DNA of 63,247 bases, filler included, from Octopus bimaculoides (GCF_001194135.2; 6 parts of 6 records of this genome joined end to end with filler, not necessarily neighbours in it); one strand, 5' to 3'. Shown: positions 13,176-26,450, counted from the first letter of the whole stretch. Notes: generated from the letters alone by a model not told the origin. Translations and numbers: made by a program.

Positions 13176-14529
13176 TCTCTATTTCCTATCCATTTTCTAT
13201 CCTTGTCTCTCCTCTTGATTGCAAAACTTTCCCTATCTTTTTTTCAATGTCTTTCTCTCTTTACTAGCCTTCATTTCTTCCTCAGTCTATCGCTGTCAAC
13301 TACCTCCTGTATATCTCTATTTCCTTTTTTCTCTACACTCTCTCTTCCTTCCTACCTGCTCTCCCCAGTGTGTGGGGCTCACTCCCTTCGTTTTTTTTTT
13401 TGTGCCATGACCATTCAATATTTTTATCATTCATCCTATTTTCTGCTTGACCATTCATTGCCTAGGTAAGAGGGTTATTTTTCCAGCTCCAGCATAGCAC
13501 TCAGTTCAGTCCTCCGATCTACCTTTTCCCTTTTCATTCTATCTTTTTTTCTTTTTTTATTCCATTCAATTCCATCTTTTTATCCTTCTCTTGAGTTCTT
13601 TAGGATATAGCTCCCTCTTACCATTATTACTAATCACATCTTAAAGCCGTAGTATAGACAAAAAGCATCATATATTGACGACTTGCATTATTTATCTTGC
13701 CCTAATTATGTCGTATTATCAGAAGGTATCCTGCGCATATCTATCTAAATATATATATAAAACAGAGTTTGTTTGTGTGTGTGTATGTGTGTGTGTGTGT
13801 GTGCATGCACGCGCATATTCCTTATGGATATGAAAATTGGATTTCCGATTTTGACGTATGAGGTATCAAAAGATTCAGTAATCTTTCGGTTACCAAATAA
13901 AGTATGCTTTTTGCACAACTCTTTTTTTCTATAAAAATAAGCTCCAAAACGAGGTCGGGTCACACAATTTTGAGGTCTTTAGCTAAGGGAGGCAACTCTG
14001 CCGGAACAATCTTTATGTAGTAGATATTATGAGGGAATGAAACTTCGAAGATATACTGTCAACTTTATTAGTATTATTTCGTAGATAATCTTTTAATGTG
14101 GAATATGTTTGTGCTTTGTTTAGGCCTGAGTTGTCTTTCATGTAGCAGACACATCCCATAGTTTTTTTCTTCATGAAATACTGTAAACCTGTGTCTTTCT
14201 TCTGATGAAAGGGTGTGTTTTAAGAGAGATCTGACTGCTTTTACCAGNNNNNNNNNNNNNNNNNNNNNNNNNNNNNNNNNNNNNNNNNNNNNNNNNNNNN
14301 NNNNNNNNNNNNNNNNNNNNNNNNNNNNNNNNNNNNNNNNNNNNNNNNNNNNNNNNNNNNNNNNNNNNNNNNNNNNNNNNNNNNNAAGGCAGACAGCATC
14401 GTAACATCAGTCGTGCGCACGGGCGGCTGCTGGCTTATTCTAAATCCTTCCTTCCTTCCTTCCTTGCTCACAAGAACATGGCTTTGCTGAACAATGGCGA
14501 TTGTCCGGCGGGAAAGGGAGGCGCATAAC

Positions 14530-14870
14530 AGCATGGTGGCGTCTCCAAACCTCCCTCTTTGCAGCTTCGTCTAATGCAAGCGAACCATCATCCATGCGGA
14601 CACATTTCTCTCCTATGACATCACGATTCTCTCTCACACACTGTCTTGCAACATGAAACACCTAAAGTCTTTGGTCCTTGTGTCACTGAACATTGATAAA
14701 CCTCTCTTGGCTATATATTACCTGTCTTTTAGCTTCCCTTTTGACTGTTTGATACATTCTTCTGCTACCCCACTCTTCCAGGCATGTTTCTTTGCTCAAA
14801 ATGGCCTTATCTACAGTATTGTGGCCCTGACTATGCTAACCAATTACCATTTGGCAATTATGATACTTCT
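14530..14870 (-). mobile_element. RTE-clade LINE fragment
   Basis: FHVARQCVRENRDVIGEKCVRMDDGSLALDEAAKREVWRRH is homologous at DNA level to 21690-21900 of the RTE copy. Confidence 0.8.
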
Positions 14871-15957
14871 TCCACCGAGAGAGTATATATAGATTCTGTT
14901 ATTTCATAGTGAAGTTGGAAAGTGTGGGTTGGTTTGTTCATTTGGAATATTTATTGTTGGCTCTTGAGAGAAAGTTACATTCTTATTGCTGCTGCATTAT
15001 CTTATTTTATCGCACTGGTACCGTGTATTGTAGGCCATTATCTCAATAGTGGTGGTACTACTATATTGGATACAAACCATGTTACAGCATTTAGCGACAA
15101 AAGGTTCAAAGCTCACGTAGGTTGTAATTCACCGGCAAAACAAGCATTACATTCTTTCTTAGCTGATTTTCAGCAGTCCATCACCATAGACAGGCACTCT
15201 ATCAATACCAGGAGGATGAAAGGCAAAATTATCCTTGGTAGATTTGATCTCAGAATGCATGGTGATTGTGCTGATGGTGGTTGTGGTGGTTGGGTTGTTA
15301 GTAGTGCTGGTTATGTTTGTGGCATGGGTTCAATTTCTGGACTGACTAAAACATCATGTCTTTGAGTGAGTTCATGTTCCTCTAGTCTACACAGCTGTAA
15401 TGAGTACCAATGGGTGGCTGGTGCTACACTCTCTTTCCCTCCCGCAGTAACATCTTGGATGCTCCACTGGCTCAAAGGGAAATGAATTGAGAGGCTGTCT
15501 ATGTTTGCTTGTGACTACATAGACATCTAAAACAATTAGCAAAAACAATGTACAAGCATGTACAAGTGGTTCAAAAGTCACATCCCAATCATGTGGTCTT
15601 GGATTCCATCTCACTGCATGGTACCTTGGACAAGTGTCTTCTATTAATAGCCTTTAGTTGACCAAAGCCCTGTGAGTGGATTTAGTGGATAGAAACTGAA
15701 AGAAGCCCATCGAGCATGTGTGCATGTGTGTGTGTGTGTATGTGTATATGCGTTCATATGTGCCCATGCCTAGACATCATGTGGGGTTGTTTGTTTCTAG
15801 CCTACTCCAAAAACATTCTAGCTACGGGAAGTAATAGTACCTTGCTTGGATACAAGTGAGGGCTGATGACCAGGAAGAGCATCTAGTTATAAAAAATCTG
15901 CCTCAACAAAAACAAATTTTGACTGATCTGTGAAAGCATGTAAAAGTAGATTTCAAA

Positions 15958-15999
<42 letters not shown>

Positions 16000-16306
16000 G
16001 CTGATGGAGTACAGGGTTCAAGGTTTCAATCCTGGGTAATGCCAAGTTTCCTTTAAATAACTGCTTAATCTGAAAAGATTTGGAGAGTGTAAGACTTAAA
16101 AATGTAAAAAGAAAATAAAAGAATACTTCTTAGTATTTTACACCCAGCGACCTAATAAAGGGTATGGTCTGTGGTGTGCTAAGCGGTATGAATGTATGCA
16201 TCTGTGTGTGTTTGTATGTATACACATTCAGACAAATACATGCATATATGAGTGTGTACACATGTATATTTGTGTGTATATATACTTACACACACACACA
16301 GACATG

Positions 16307-16346
<40 letters not shown>

Positions 16347-17564
16347 GCCATCAAAATACTTGAATATTGCCTGCATTTGACTTGCTCCTTCCCTCAAAAA
16401 CCAGGCCTTGTGCCTATAATAGAAAGGTTTATTAGCTACTGCCAATGTGCTTGAATTACACTATTCTACTTGTTGCAGTTGATTGGATAATAGCTAATAA
16501 GGGGAACAAGCCATCAAAATACTTGAATATTGCCTGCACTTGTTATTGAAGCCAAATAGTTGCTTCATTTCTTAGAAATAGCAGCCAAATATTCCTCAAA
16601 TCAAACTCTACCATCATTTAGAAAATAAGTTAGTGAATACACGGTACATAGAAAATTAGCGAAAAGTTGTTGAACAGAAAATAAATACAAACACAGATTT
16701 GACTTGCTCTTGACAAGGAAATAATAATTTTATCACCGATAGAGTTCTTTCAGAATCGTTTCTTTATGTAGTCGGCACTTAATGTATATCGGCTGAATGG
16801 ACGTCAGTGATTGGTTGAAATTACAGAAATACGACAACTTCAACATGGAATAACTTAGGGGTTTCTTTTTTTTTTTAAAGAAGACTAAGACAAAAAGATG
16901 TTTTATATGACACATTCTACCAATGTTCCAAGTTTCAAAGTGTTTCGTTAATGAAAAATGTGGCCCCTGTTTTAAAAAAGATCCCAAAATAGATAAGTAT
17001 ACGAAGTTTGAAAGTCTTTCCGTACCAAAAACACTACGTAAAACATTAACGAAAAATGTGGCCCCCGTTTTAAAATAGATCCATAATTTCTTTATATATA
17101 TATGTATATGTTGTATTAATTAAGTTAATAACATTAAAAATTCTATAAATAGCGTGAGAAATAAATTTATTTCTGTTCTTAATTATCAATAGATTTAATT
17201 TTGATTCTTGTTTCGTTTCGGCTATCGGCCTCGTTTTAGTTATATTGCGCTTTTCATATACGTTATATGGTAATCGTGAACAATAGCGTCATTGATTACA
17301 TGCTTTAAACGGATCAATTCGCAGTTCAGACGACGACAATAACAGAAGTACGTATTGATGCACTTAATGTTGAATTGCTGTTTTTTTTTCTTTCTTCGCT
17401 CATGTTTGTGTTTCCTTGTGTTCCTTAATATAATATGTTGTTGTATTTATTCATGTATCATATACATACGCATAGGCTCGGGTGCAAGTGCATCTCAGAA
17501 AACTTTTGGGGTAGGCAAAATCCAAATTTTCACACCTACTTACTTTTCTTACATTTATAAAACA

Positions 17565-17880
17565 GAGTCAAACTAAAGCGTTTGACACGGTTAAAAAATA
17601 TTTTAAAAATAGTCTAATAGGTGTAAAACAACTTGCTGGGAACGAATATGAAGAAAAAAATGCGCGCTCGCGAACGGGAGTGGCGGTGGGGAGAGGGCTC
17701 GGAACATTCACATCGTGAATGTTCCGAGACGACTCACCGGAGCCAAGAAACAAAAGAAAAATAGTGTAATAGATGTAAAACGACTTGCTTTGAAAGAATA
17801 TTAAAAAAAAATAATAATAAATGCGCTCTCGCGAAAGGCTGGGTGGGGAGAGGACTCGGAACATTCACATCGTCACACAT
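17565..17880 (+). repeat. Repeat with an internal ~140-160 bp sub-repeat and the hairpin ctcggaacattcacatcgtgaatgttccgag
   Basis: An inverted homologous copy lies at 19165-19410. Confidence 0.8.
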
Positions 17881-18250
17881 CGTCTGTCCATGGCCTCTAA
17901 ACTATAGTGTTTGACTCGAGCTCAAAAACAAAGAATAATTAGTNNNNNNNNNNNNNNNNNNNNNNNNNNNNNNNNNNNNNNNNNNNNNNNNNNNNNNNNN
18001 NNNNNNNNNNNNNNNNNNNNNNNNNNNNNNNNNNNNNNNNNNNNNNNNNNNNNNNNNNNNNNNNNNNNNNNNNNNNNNNNNNNNNNNNNNNNNNNNNNNN
18101 NNNNNNNNNNNNNNNNNNNNNNNNNNNNNNNNNNNNNNNNNNNNNNNNNNNNNNNNNNNNNNNNNNNNNNNNNNNNNNNNNNNCTTCTAGCACACTAGCC
18201 GTCCACCTAGTGGTCTTCTTTATATATACATATGTATATATATATATGTA

Positions 18251-18299
<49 letters not shown>

Positions 18300-18338
18300 G
18301 TATATATATATGTGCGTGTATATATATATGTGTGTATA

Positions 18339-18383
<45 letters not shown>

Positions 18384-18989
18384 ATATATGTGTGTATATA
18401 TATCTCTATATACATATATATATATGTATGTATGTTTGTATGTATGTATAAACTTTTTGTTTGTATAAACTTTTTGTTTATATGCGTTTTGCTCCATTTA
18501 TTATTATTCTTCATATCTACTCAAAATACATCACTTTAACTTGGTATTTCTACCTATTAACCGGGTATGATATCCCAGTTTTTTGTTTTTTGCTACCCTG
18601 GTAACTATTAATATATTTTTGTTATTGAAGTTTTTTCAACCGAGATAATATTAATATATACATAAATCAATATATATATAGTTTTAGGGAAAAGAACCAA
18701 GTTTCATGAACTCATCGATGAAAATCCAGTATCACATATAGAAAAATTAATAATTAAAAGCACAATAAATTAGTATAATATAATACAAAGTAAATATCAT
18801 ATATATTTATATATATTTTAATCTGTAAAGCTCAATTTAATTCTAACTTTTTATAAATTGATTTTAATTGAGTTTTTACCTGTAATTTTGGATTTTGTCC
18901 CTAATATTATTATTATATATATATGATTGACCGTTGACTGAACACTATTCAATTTTTTTTCTCCGTGTTTTTCTCCTTGTCTCCGTATC

Positions 18990-19024
18990 CTTTCTGTTGA
19001 AGAGCGTAGCTCGAAACGTCAAAG
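18990..19024 (+). ncRNA. Candidate minimal type I hammerhead ribozyme motif within a dispersed repeat
   Basis: CTTT-CTGTTGA-A-GAGC(GTA)GCTC-GAAA-CGTC-AAAG gives stem I CTTT/AAAG, stem II GAGC/GCTC, palindromic stem III ACGT and a GTC triplet. The core has A6>U. A degenerate second copy is at 57974-58010. Confidence 0.45.
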
Positions 19025-19135
19025 ACTTTCCGTATTCCCGAGCGTCATACTAATATATCCTTTTGTTATTTACACCACCTGTCCTCGTCTGTTGTTATTA
19101 TTTGTATATTCTCCCACATATATATATATATATGT

Positions 19136-19164
<29 letters not shown>

Positions 19165-19168
<4 letters not shown>

Positions 19169-19410
19169 TCTTCATATACTTTCAGAGCAAGTTGTTTTAC
19201 ATCTATTACACTATTTTTCTTTTGTTTCTTGGCTCTGGTGAGGCGTCTCAGAGCATTCACGATGTGAATGTTCCGAGCCCCCCCCCCCCNNNNNNNNNNC
19301 CCCCCCCGTTCGCGAGCATGCATTTTTTCTTCCTATTTGTTCCCAGCAAGTTGTTTTACAGCTATTAGAAAAATTTTTGTCAGTGGGTCAAACGCTTAAG
19401 TTTGACCGAA
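19165..19410 (-). repeat. Inverted copy of the 17565-17800 repeat
   Basis: gcaagttgttttacatctattacactatttttcttttgtttcttggctc..gtga reverse-complements 17735-17790. Confidence 0.8.
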
Positions 19411-19959
19411 AACAGTGCATAGAAAGGAATCGGTTAATCTGTAAGCAGTAACTTAGAGTTAAGTTTCTCAAAGAACAAAAATAAATAAATAAAACAAGAC
19501 CTTGTTTGTAAAAAAAATTTGGCCTCAGTTTGCATCCCTAAGCAAATTTTGTTCACGAGCCAGTGTACATAAATGTAATATATATAATTATAAAATTAAA
19601 ATCTTAATTTTCATGGAATCGGGAAACTACAGGAAAAAAAAAAATCCATTTCGAATATTGGCCCCTTTTTTGTTTTATTACATTTTTTCATTTACTTCAT
19701 ATGATAATCGTGAACAATAACGTCATTGACTCCAGGTTTTGAACGAATCAACTTACGGATTATTTTACCATATTTCCGACATAGCAAGGGTGTTTGTTCA
19801 CGAAGCACAGCTTTTTTGTAGTATATTTTCTCGCCGGCTCACAAATTAACAGGGAACCCAAAATAATGTTGTAAGATACGGGCCAGATTGAACCTGAGAT
19901 TTATTGTTTAGATTTATGCTGTTATTAATTGAAAATATTGATGGAATTTTGCAGGTTTT

Positions 19960-20350
19960 GTATCTCGGCTTGCGAAGACCTGTTGTGGCAAGCGAAAGCG
20001 AAATCGTGATGGCACCTGTGCCCAGCGTCGCCTTCCTTGTGCCGGTGGCACGTGTAAAGACATTCAAGCGAGATCGTTGCCAGTGTCGCTGGACTGGCTC
20101 CTGTGCAGGTGGCACATAAAATACACCATTTTGAGCGTGGCCATTTTCAGTAGCACCTGACTGGCCTTCATGCCGGTGGCACGTAAAAGCATCCACTACA
20201 CTCTCGGAGTGGTTGGCATTAGGAAGGGCATCCAGCTGTAGAAACACTGCCAAATCAGATTGGAGCCTGGTGTAGCCATCTGGTTTCACCAGTCCTCAGT
20301 CAAATCGTCCAACCCATGCTAGCATGGAAAGCGGACGTTGATGATGATGA
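19960..20350 (+). mobile_element. RTE 3'-tail-derived non-autonomous element
   Basis: ggcacgtaaaagcatccactacactctcggagtggttggcattaggaagggcatccagctgtagaaac...catgctagcatggaaagcggacgttgatgatgatga. Copies at 26870-27095(-) and 57560-57845(+). The same sequence forms the 3' end of the RTE at 23940-24290. Confidence 0.85.
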
Positions 20351-20559
20351 CTGTCGTGAATCTTTCAAGGAGTTACTATGTAGACCCTTCATACGTTTAC
20401 GATGCTAGAAATAACAGTAATATCACATTTAAGTTGCGCTTGTTGATTTAGAGTTAATTTAGCGAAGATCAAACTCCAAGTAATTAGGAAAATAGTCAAA
20501 TCACAGATTTCTTCAAGGAGATGGCTCTGCTCGATATGTTGAAAGCGTATTGGTGTACC

Positions 20560-21500
20560 AGCGCAAGCTATGGACACATAAGAGGTGTAGCAGTATCAGC
20601 AGAAGATTAACAGAGAAAGTAGTCATTGTGTGTGACAGATGTGCAGATGCAATAAACTCAAGAATGCACAGAAAATAGACTTCATCGAATGACTAGCGGG
20701 GATACTTAGTAGTAGTAGACAGCTTCTGTTACCTAGGTGACCAAGTCTGCAGTGGAGCAGGATGCTCTGAGAGCATAGCTGCTCGAATAAAGATGGGCCA
20801 GGCAAAGTTTAGAAAACTTCTGCATTTGTTGGTAACAAAAGGCCTCTGCTCCAGAGTAAAAGGCAGATTCTATGATGCCTGTGTGTGAACAGTCTTGCTA
20901 CATGGCAGTAAAACATGGGCTGTGTTCACTGAAGACCTGTGATGGCTCCAAGGAAATTAAGCTAACATGTTCTGCTGGATGTGCAATGTCGGTGTGCACA
21001 TACGACAGAGTGTGAGTGTCTTAATAGAAAAATTGGGTATAAGAGGCATCAGATGTTGTGTGCGAAAGAGAAGACTGTGCTGGTTTGATCATGCGATGCA
21101 TATGGATGAGGACAGATGTGTAAGGAAGTGCCAATCTCTAACCATGGAGGGTACCTGTGGAAGGGATAGACACAGGAAGACATTGGACAAGGTGGTGAAA
21201 TATACTTTTCGGTTGTTGAGTCTCATGGAGGCAATGACAAGTAACTGAGACTTTTGGGGATTTGCTGTACTTCAGAGGACATGTCAGGCTAGGTGGCCAG
21301 ACCCAGTGACACATCAAAGCACCTGTGCCAGTGATACATAAAAGACACCTAGTACACTCCTCTGTAAAGTGATTGGCATTATGAAGGGCATCCAGCTGTA
21401 GAAACCAAGTCAAAACAGACAATTGGAGCCTGGCTTACCAGCTCCGGTCAAACCATCTAACCCATGCCATTGTGGAAAACAAATAGTAAATGAAGATGAT
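20560..21500 (+). mobile_element. 5'-truncated RTE LINE (RT C-terminal region plus tail)
   Basis: Collinear with 23130-24290. WMCNV...LGIRGIRCCVRKRRLCWFDHAMHMDEDRCVRKCQSLTMEGTCGRDRHRKTLDKVV, ending in a gat repeat. Confidence 0.85.
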
Positions 21501-21559
21501 GATGTATGCATATATAAATATGAATATGTAGTTTTACTGACCAGATCTGTGGATGGTGC

Positions 21560-24290
21560 AAAGTCCCCTCTTAGCCCAAGGTAACATGATGGTGGAACAA
21601 TCTAACTGACAGGGCCATTAGGGAAAAGAAACAGGCATAGAAGGACTAGAACGGATGTAGCAGGGAATTGTATTAGACTGCCAGAAGGGAAGCTAGGAGA
21701 CAGGTTTATTTACCCAGAAGGGAAGTAGATAAGAAAAAAATTGCCATTGCTCTGCATCGTGAGAACCAAAGACTTGAGGTATTTCGAATTGCAAGACAGT
21801 GTATGAGAGAGAATCGTGATGTCATAGGAGAGAAATGTGATGGCTCACTTGCATTTAATGAGACTACAAGGAGAGGGAGTTGGAGATGCCACTATGAAAG
21901 GTTGCTAAAGGAAGAGAATGAATGGGAAAAAGAGAGTCTGCTGAATGTCAACCCAACAGAGGGACCAGCTATTTGAATTGACAGTACCTTGGTAGATAAG
22001 GCAATTATGGGTATGAAGACAGGGAAAGCCCCCAGCCTATCAGGAATTGCTGTAGAGATGCTTAAAATATCTGGCAGTGTTGGCTATTGTCTAGTCACCC
22101 ATATTGTAAATCAGGTGATACTTGAAGGAGTCATACCCAATGACTGGTGTAGCAGCACCATAGTCACCTGCTACATAGGTAAGTGTAAGCACCCCGAGAG
22201 AAAAGTTGGACTTAAGAAGCATCAGATGTGGTGTGCAAGAGAGACGACTGTGCTGGTATGGTCATGTGTTGCATATGGATGAGGATATGTAATTATATGA
22301 ATAATTACAGAGGTATCAAATTGTTGGATCAGGTTATGAAAGTCACAAAGGGGGTCATAGCCCAACTAATTAGGGAGAGAATTAGTCTAGACAAGATGCA
22401 GTTTGGGTTTGTGCCAGGAAAAAGCACCACTGATGCTATATTTCTGGTAAGACAGCTGCAGGAGAAATACCTAGCCAAAGATAAACCTCTGTACCTGGCT
22501 TTTGTTGACATGGAGAAAGCCTTTGACAGGGCCCCCCATTCCCTTATCTAGTAGTCAATGCAGAAACTAGGGATAGATGAATGGTTAGTGAGAGCTGTGC
22601 AAGCCATGTACTGGAACGCTGTCAGTAAGGTGAGGGTTGGCAACGAGTACAGTGAAGAATTCCGGGTAGGGGTAGGGGTCTACCAAGGATCAGTCTTTAG
22701 CCCCCTCTTATTCATCATACCCATGGTGGGTACCTGTGGAAGGGGTAGATCCAGGAAGACATTAGACAAGGTGGTGAAATATAATTTTCGGTTGTTGAGT
22801 CTCATGGAAGCAATGACAAGTAACTGAGATTTCTGTTATTGAATTCCTCTGTTATTGCCTGGGGGCAATAACAGAGGAATTCAAGACAAGATGCCCCTGT
22901 GAGCTTCTCTATGCTGATGACATTGCTCTAATTGCTGAGTCGCTATCAGAATTACAGAAGTTTCAAGTGTGGAAGCAAAGTTTTGAATCGAAGGGATTTA
23001 GAGTCAATCTAGCAAAAACCAAACTCTTAATAATTAGTAAGGCAGACAGATCACAAATCCCTTCAGGTAGATGGCCCTGCTCGATCTGAAGAAAAGGCGT
23101 AGGTAGAAACTCCATAAGATGTACCCAGTGTAAGCTATGGACACATAAGAGGTGCAGCAATATCAAAGGAATGCTAACTGGGAAGATAGTTTTTGTGTGT
23201 GGCAAATGCTCAAGGGCAATAAACACTGAAAATGTGCTGAAAACAGCTTCCGTCACATTCCAGGAGGAAAAACTACAAGTAGTTGATAGCTTCCATTACC
23301 TAAGTGACCAAGTCAGTTGCAGGGGTGGATGTTCTGAGAGTGTAGGTGCTAGAATAAGAATAGCCTGGGCAAAGTTCAGAGAGCTCCTACCTCTGCTGGT
23401 GACAAAGGGCCTCTCACCCAGAGTAAAAGGTAGACTGTATGACGCATGCGTATGAACAGTCATGCTACATGGCAGTGAAACATGGGCCGTCACTGCTGAG
23501 GACTTGCATAAGCTCACAAGAAATGAAGCCAATATGCTCCGCTGGATGTGTAATGTCAGTGTGCATACCCGACAGAGTGTAAGTATCTTGAGAGAAAAGT
23601 TGTTCATAAGAAGCATCAGATGTGGTGTGCGAGAGAGACGACTGTGCTGGTATGGTCATATGTTGCATATGGATGAGGACAGCTGTGTGAAAAAGTGTCA
23701 CACCCTAGCATTAGAGGGAACCTGTGGAAGAGGTAGACCCAAGAAGACCTGGGATGAAGTGTTGAAGCACAACCTTCGAATGTTGGGCCTCACCAAGGCG
23801 ATGACAAGTGACCGAGACCTTTGGAGATATGCTGTGCTTGAGAAGACCTGGCAAGCCGAGTGAGACTGTTATTGTGGCCTAAACCAGTGTAGCATAACCA
23901 ACCCATTTAAGATTACCTTTCAATCATTGGTCAATAAACTGTACTTGCAAAGACCTTTTGAGGCAAGTGAAGTCGTCATGGCTGATGACAGTACCTCACC
24001 TGTGCTGGTGGCATGTAAAAAGCACCATTCCAGCATGGCTGATGCCAGTGCCACCTGACTGGCTCCTGTACTTGTGACATGTAAAAAGCACCACTCAAAC
24101 GTGGCCGATGCCAGTGCTGCCTGACTGGCCTCCATGCCGGTGGCACGTGAAAAGCACCCACTACACTCTCAGAATGGTTGGTGTTAGGAAGGGCTGTAAA
24201 AACTTTGCTAGATTGGATTGGAGCCTGGTGCAGCCTTCTAGCTTGCCAGCCCTCAGTCAAACCGTCCAACCCATGATGAAGATGATGATA
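21560..24290 (+). mobile_element. RTE-clade LINE reverse transcriptase pseudogene with 3' tail
   Basis: MKTGKAPSLSG; NYRGIKLL...MQFGFVPGKSTTDAIFLVRQLQEKYL...LYLAFVDMEKAFDR; VGVYQGSVFSPLLF; LLYADDIAL; FHYL; LYDACV; HGSETW; GRGRPKKTWDEV. Stop codons and frameshifts present. Confidence 0.95.
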
Positions 24291-24872
24291 TATATTTATA
24301 TATATATACATATNNNNNNNNNNNNNNNNNNNNNNNNNNNNNNNNNNNNNNNNNNNNNNNNNNNNNNNNNNNNNNNNNNNNNNNNNNNNNNNNNNNNNNN
24401 NNNNNNNNNNNNNNNNNNNNNNNNNNNNNNNNNNNNNNNNNNNNNNNNNNNNNNNNNNNNNNNNNNNNNNNNNNNNNNNNNNNNNNNNNNNNNNNNNNNN
24501 NNNNNNNNNNNNNNNNNNNNNNNNNNNNNNNNNNNNNNNNNNNNNNNNNNNNNNNNNNNNNNNNNNNNNNNNNNNNNNNNNNNNNNNNNNNNNNNNNNNN
24601 NNNNNNNNNNNNNNNNNNNNNNNNNNNNNNNNNNNNNNNNNNNNNNNNNNNNNNNNNNNNNNNNNNNNNNNNNNNNNNNNNNNNNNNNNNNNNNNNNNNN
24701 NNNNNNNNNNNNNNNNNNNNNNNNNNNNNNNNNNNNNNNNNNNNNNNNNNNNNNNNNNNNNNNNNNNNNNNNNNNNNNNNNNNNNNNNNNNNNNNNNNNN
24801 NNNNNNNNNNNNNNNNNNNNNNNNNNNNNNNNNNNNNNNNNNNNNNNNNNNNNNNNNNNNNNNNNNNNNNNN

Positions 24873-25455
24873 TGAGATCTGGGGACTGTGGTGGCCAGAT
24901 AACATGTTCAACTTCACTAGAATGTCCCTTGTGCCATTCAGTAAGAACTTTAGCTGTGTGAATTGGTGCATTATCATCCTGAAAGATTGTGTTTCCCTCT
25001 GGAAACAGTTCCGCAATCATAGGATGAATTTGATCAGATAAAATGCTTAAATAGTCTTGTCTATTAATTCTGCCATGAAGGAAAACCATTGGGCTGGCAG
25101 ATTTCCAAGATATAGTGCCCCAGATCCTCCTCCATGTTTAACAGTTGGAAGAAGGCTCTCTAGGTCAAATGCTTCTTTTGGCTGTCTCTACCCGTGTACT
25201 CGGCCAGTGATCGGAAATAGGGTAAAGGATGACTCATCCAAGAAAATAACATTCTTCCATTGCTCTAGGAACCAATTCTGTAGGTTTTTACTTCACTCTA
25301 AATGCTTTGCAACGTTTGTTTTTGAAAGTAGTGGTTTTCTGATTGCAGCCCTCCTGTGAAATCCAGCTTTATGTAGCTCTTGGCGAACAGTTTTTGTGGA
25401 AACTGGGTTCTCAAGGTGGTCATTTTGCTCTGCAGTAATTTGAGGAGCTGTATAC
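24873..25455 (-). mobile_element. Tc1-family (DD34E) transposase relic
   Basis: RAAIRKPLLS...WKNVIFLDESSF...TVKHGGGS, a frameshift, then YLSILSDQI...IFQDDNAPIHTAKVLTEWHKGHSSEVEHVIWPPQSPDL running into an N gap. Confidence 0.9.
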
Positions 25456-26214
25456 ATCAATTGTCACATCCATGTATGCATGGGAGAGGGATGTTAAACG
25501 ATGATGACGATTATGACGATGATGACGATTATGACGATGATGACAATGATATATACATATATATTCAACTTTTGATGAAAGTAAACAAAGTTTGCTGTAG
25601 AAGCGAACTTTTAACTTGCTTCTTACATTTCACCCCCACAAAATATATCTATTTCCATGCCTTTAACCTTTATTCCTATTCCCCTATCACATTATATTTC
25701 TCCACTTTTAGTTTTCTGCTAATTTTTTTCCTCCTCCTCCTCTTTCTATAAATTGCTTTTGACGTTATATATATATTAACAGTTTTATTTTTAAATGACA
25801 CACCAGTGTTCCCTTCATCATATATGCAGTAATCACATTCACTTAAAATGTCTTATTGATGAGTTTTTGTTTCTCTTTTTTTCCCCTGATGAGAAGATTG
25901 CATTGTTTTACATCATTTTATTCCTTCTGGAATAATACCAATGTTTTCTTTGAAACATATGTCGGAAATATAACGATTTGAATAACACCTGCATTTAACT
26001 CCATTTATTTATTTATCTATGTAATGCAAAAACATTTCACCAAAATCTGGAATTTCTACCTTCATAAGTAGGTTGTTACATCCTTGCTACTTCTGTGAAT
26101 TTTTGCTACCCTGGTAACTATTTATTTATTTTTCCATGTTATTTGTAAACATTGAAAAATACACATACATTTATATGTATATATGTATATATATACATAT
26201 AAATGTATGTATAT

Positions 26215-26450
26215 ACTAAGGCTAAGTCAAAATGTTTTTTTTGTATTCTTCCTTTCTACTTGGAGAGTTTAAATATAGTTATAAAATATGTCCTGTCCTA
26301 TTGAAATGTAATTTCATTAAATTTCTATATCTTTGTGCAGCTGAAGATTGCTCTGCATTTTACATTTGATGTAATGTTCACATTGCTTAAATAAATGGAG
26401 TCGCATGAAATGATCGTACTGCATTAACTTTGGATATCCTTGTTGCTTAT
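26215..26450 (+). mobile_element. 5' portion of the mariner family seen at 45625-46690
   Basis: Clearly homologous to 45640-45860 (…atctttgtgcagct…aaatggagtcgcatgaaa…ctttggatatccttgttgct). Confidence 0.75.
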
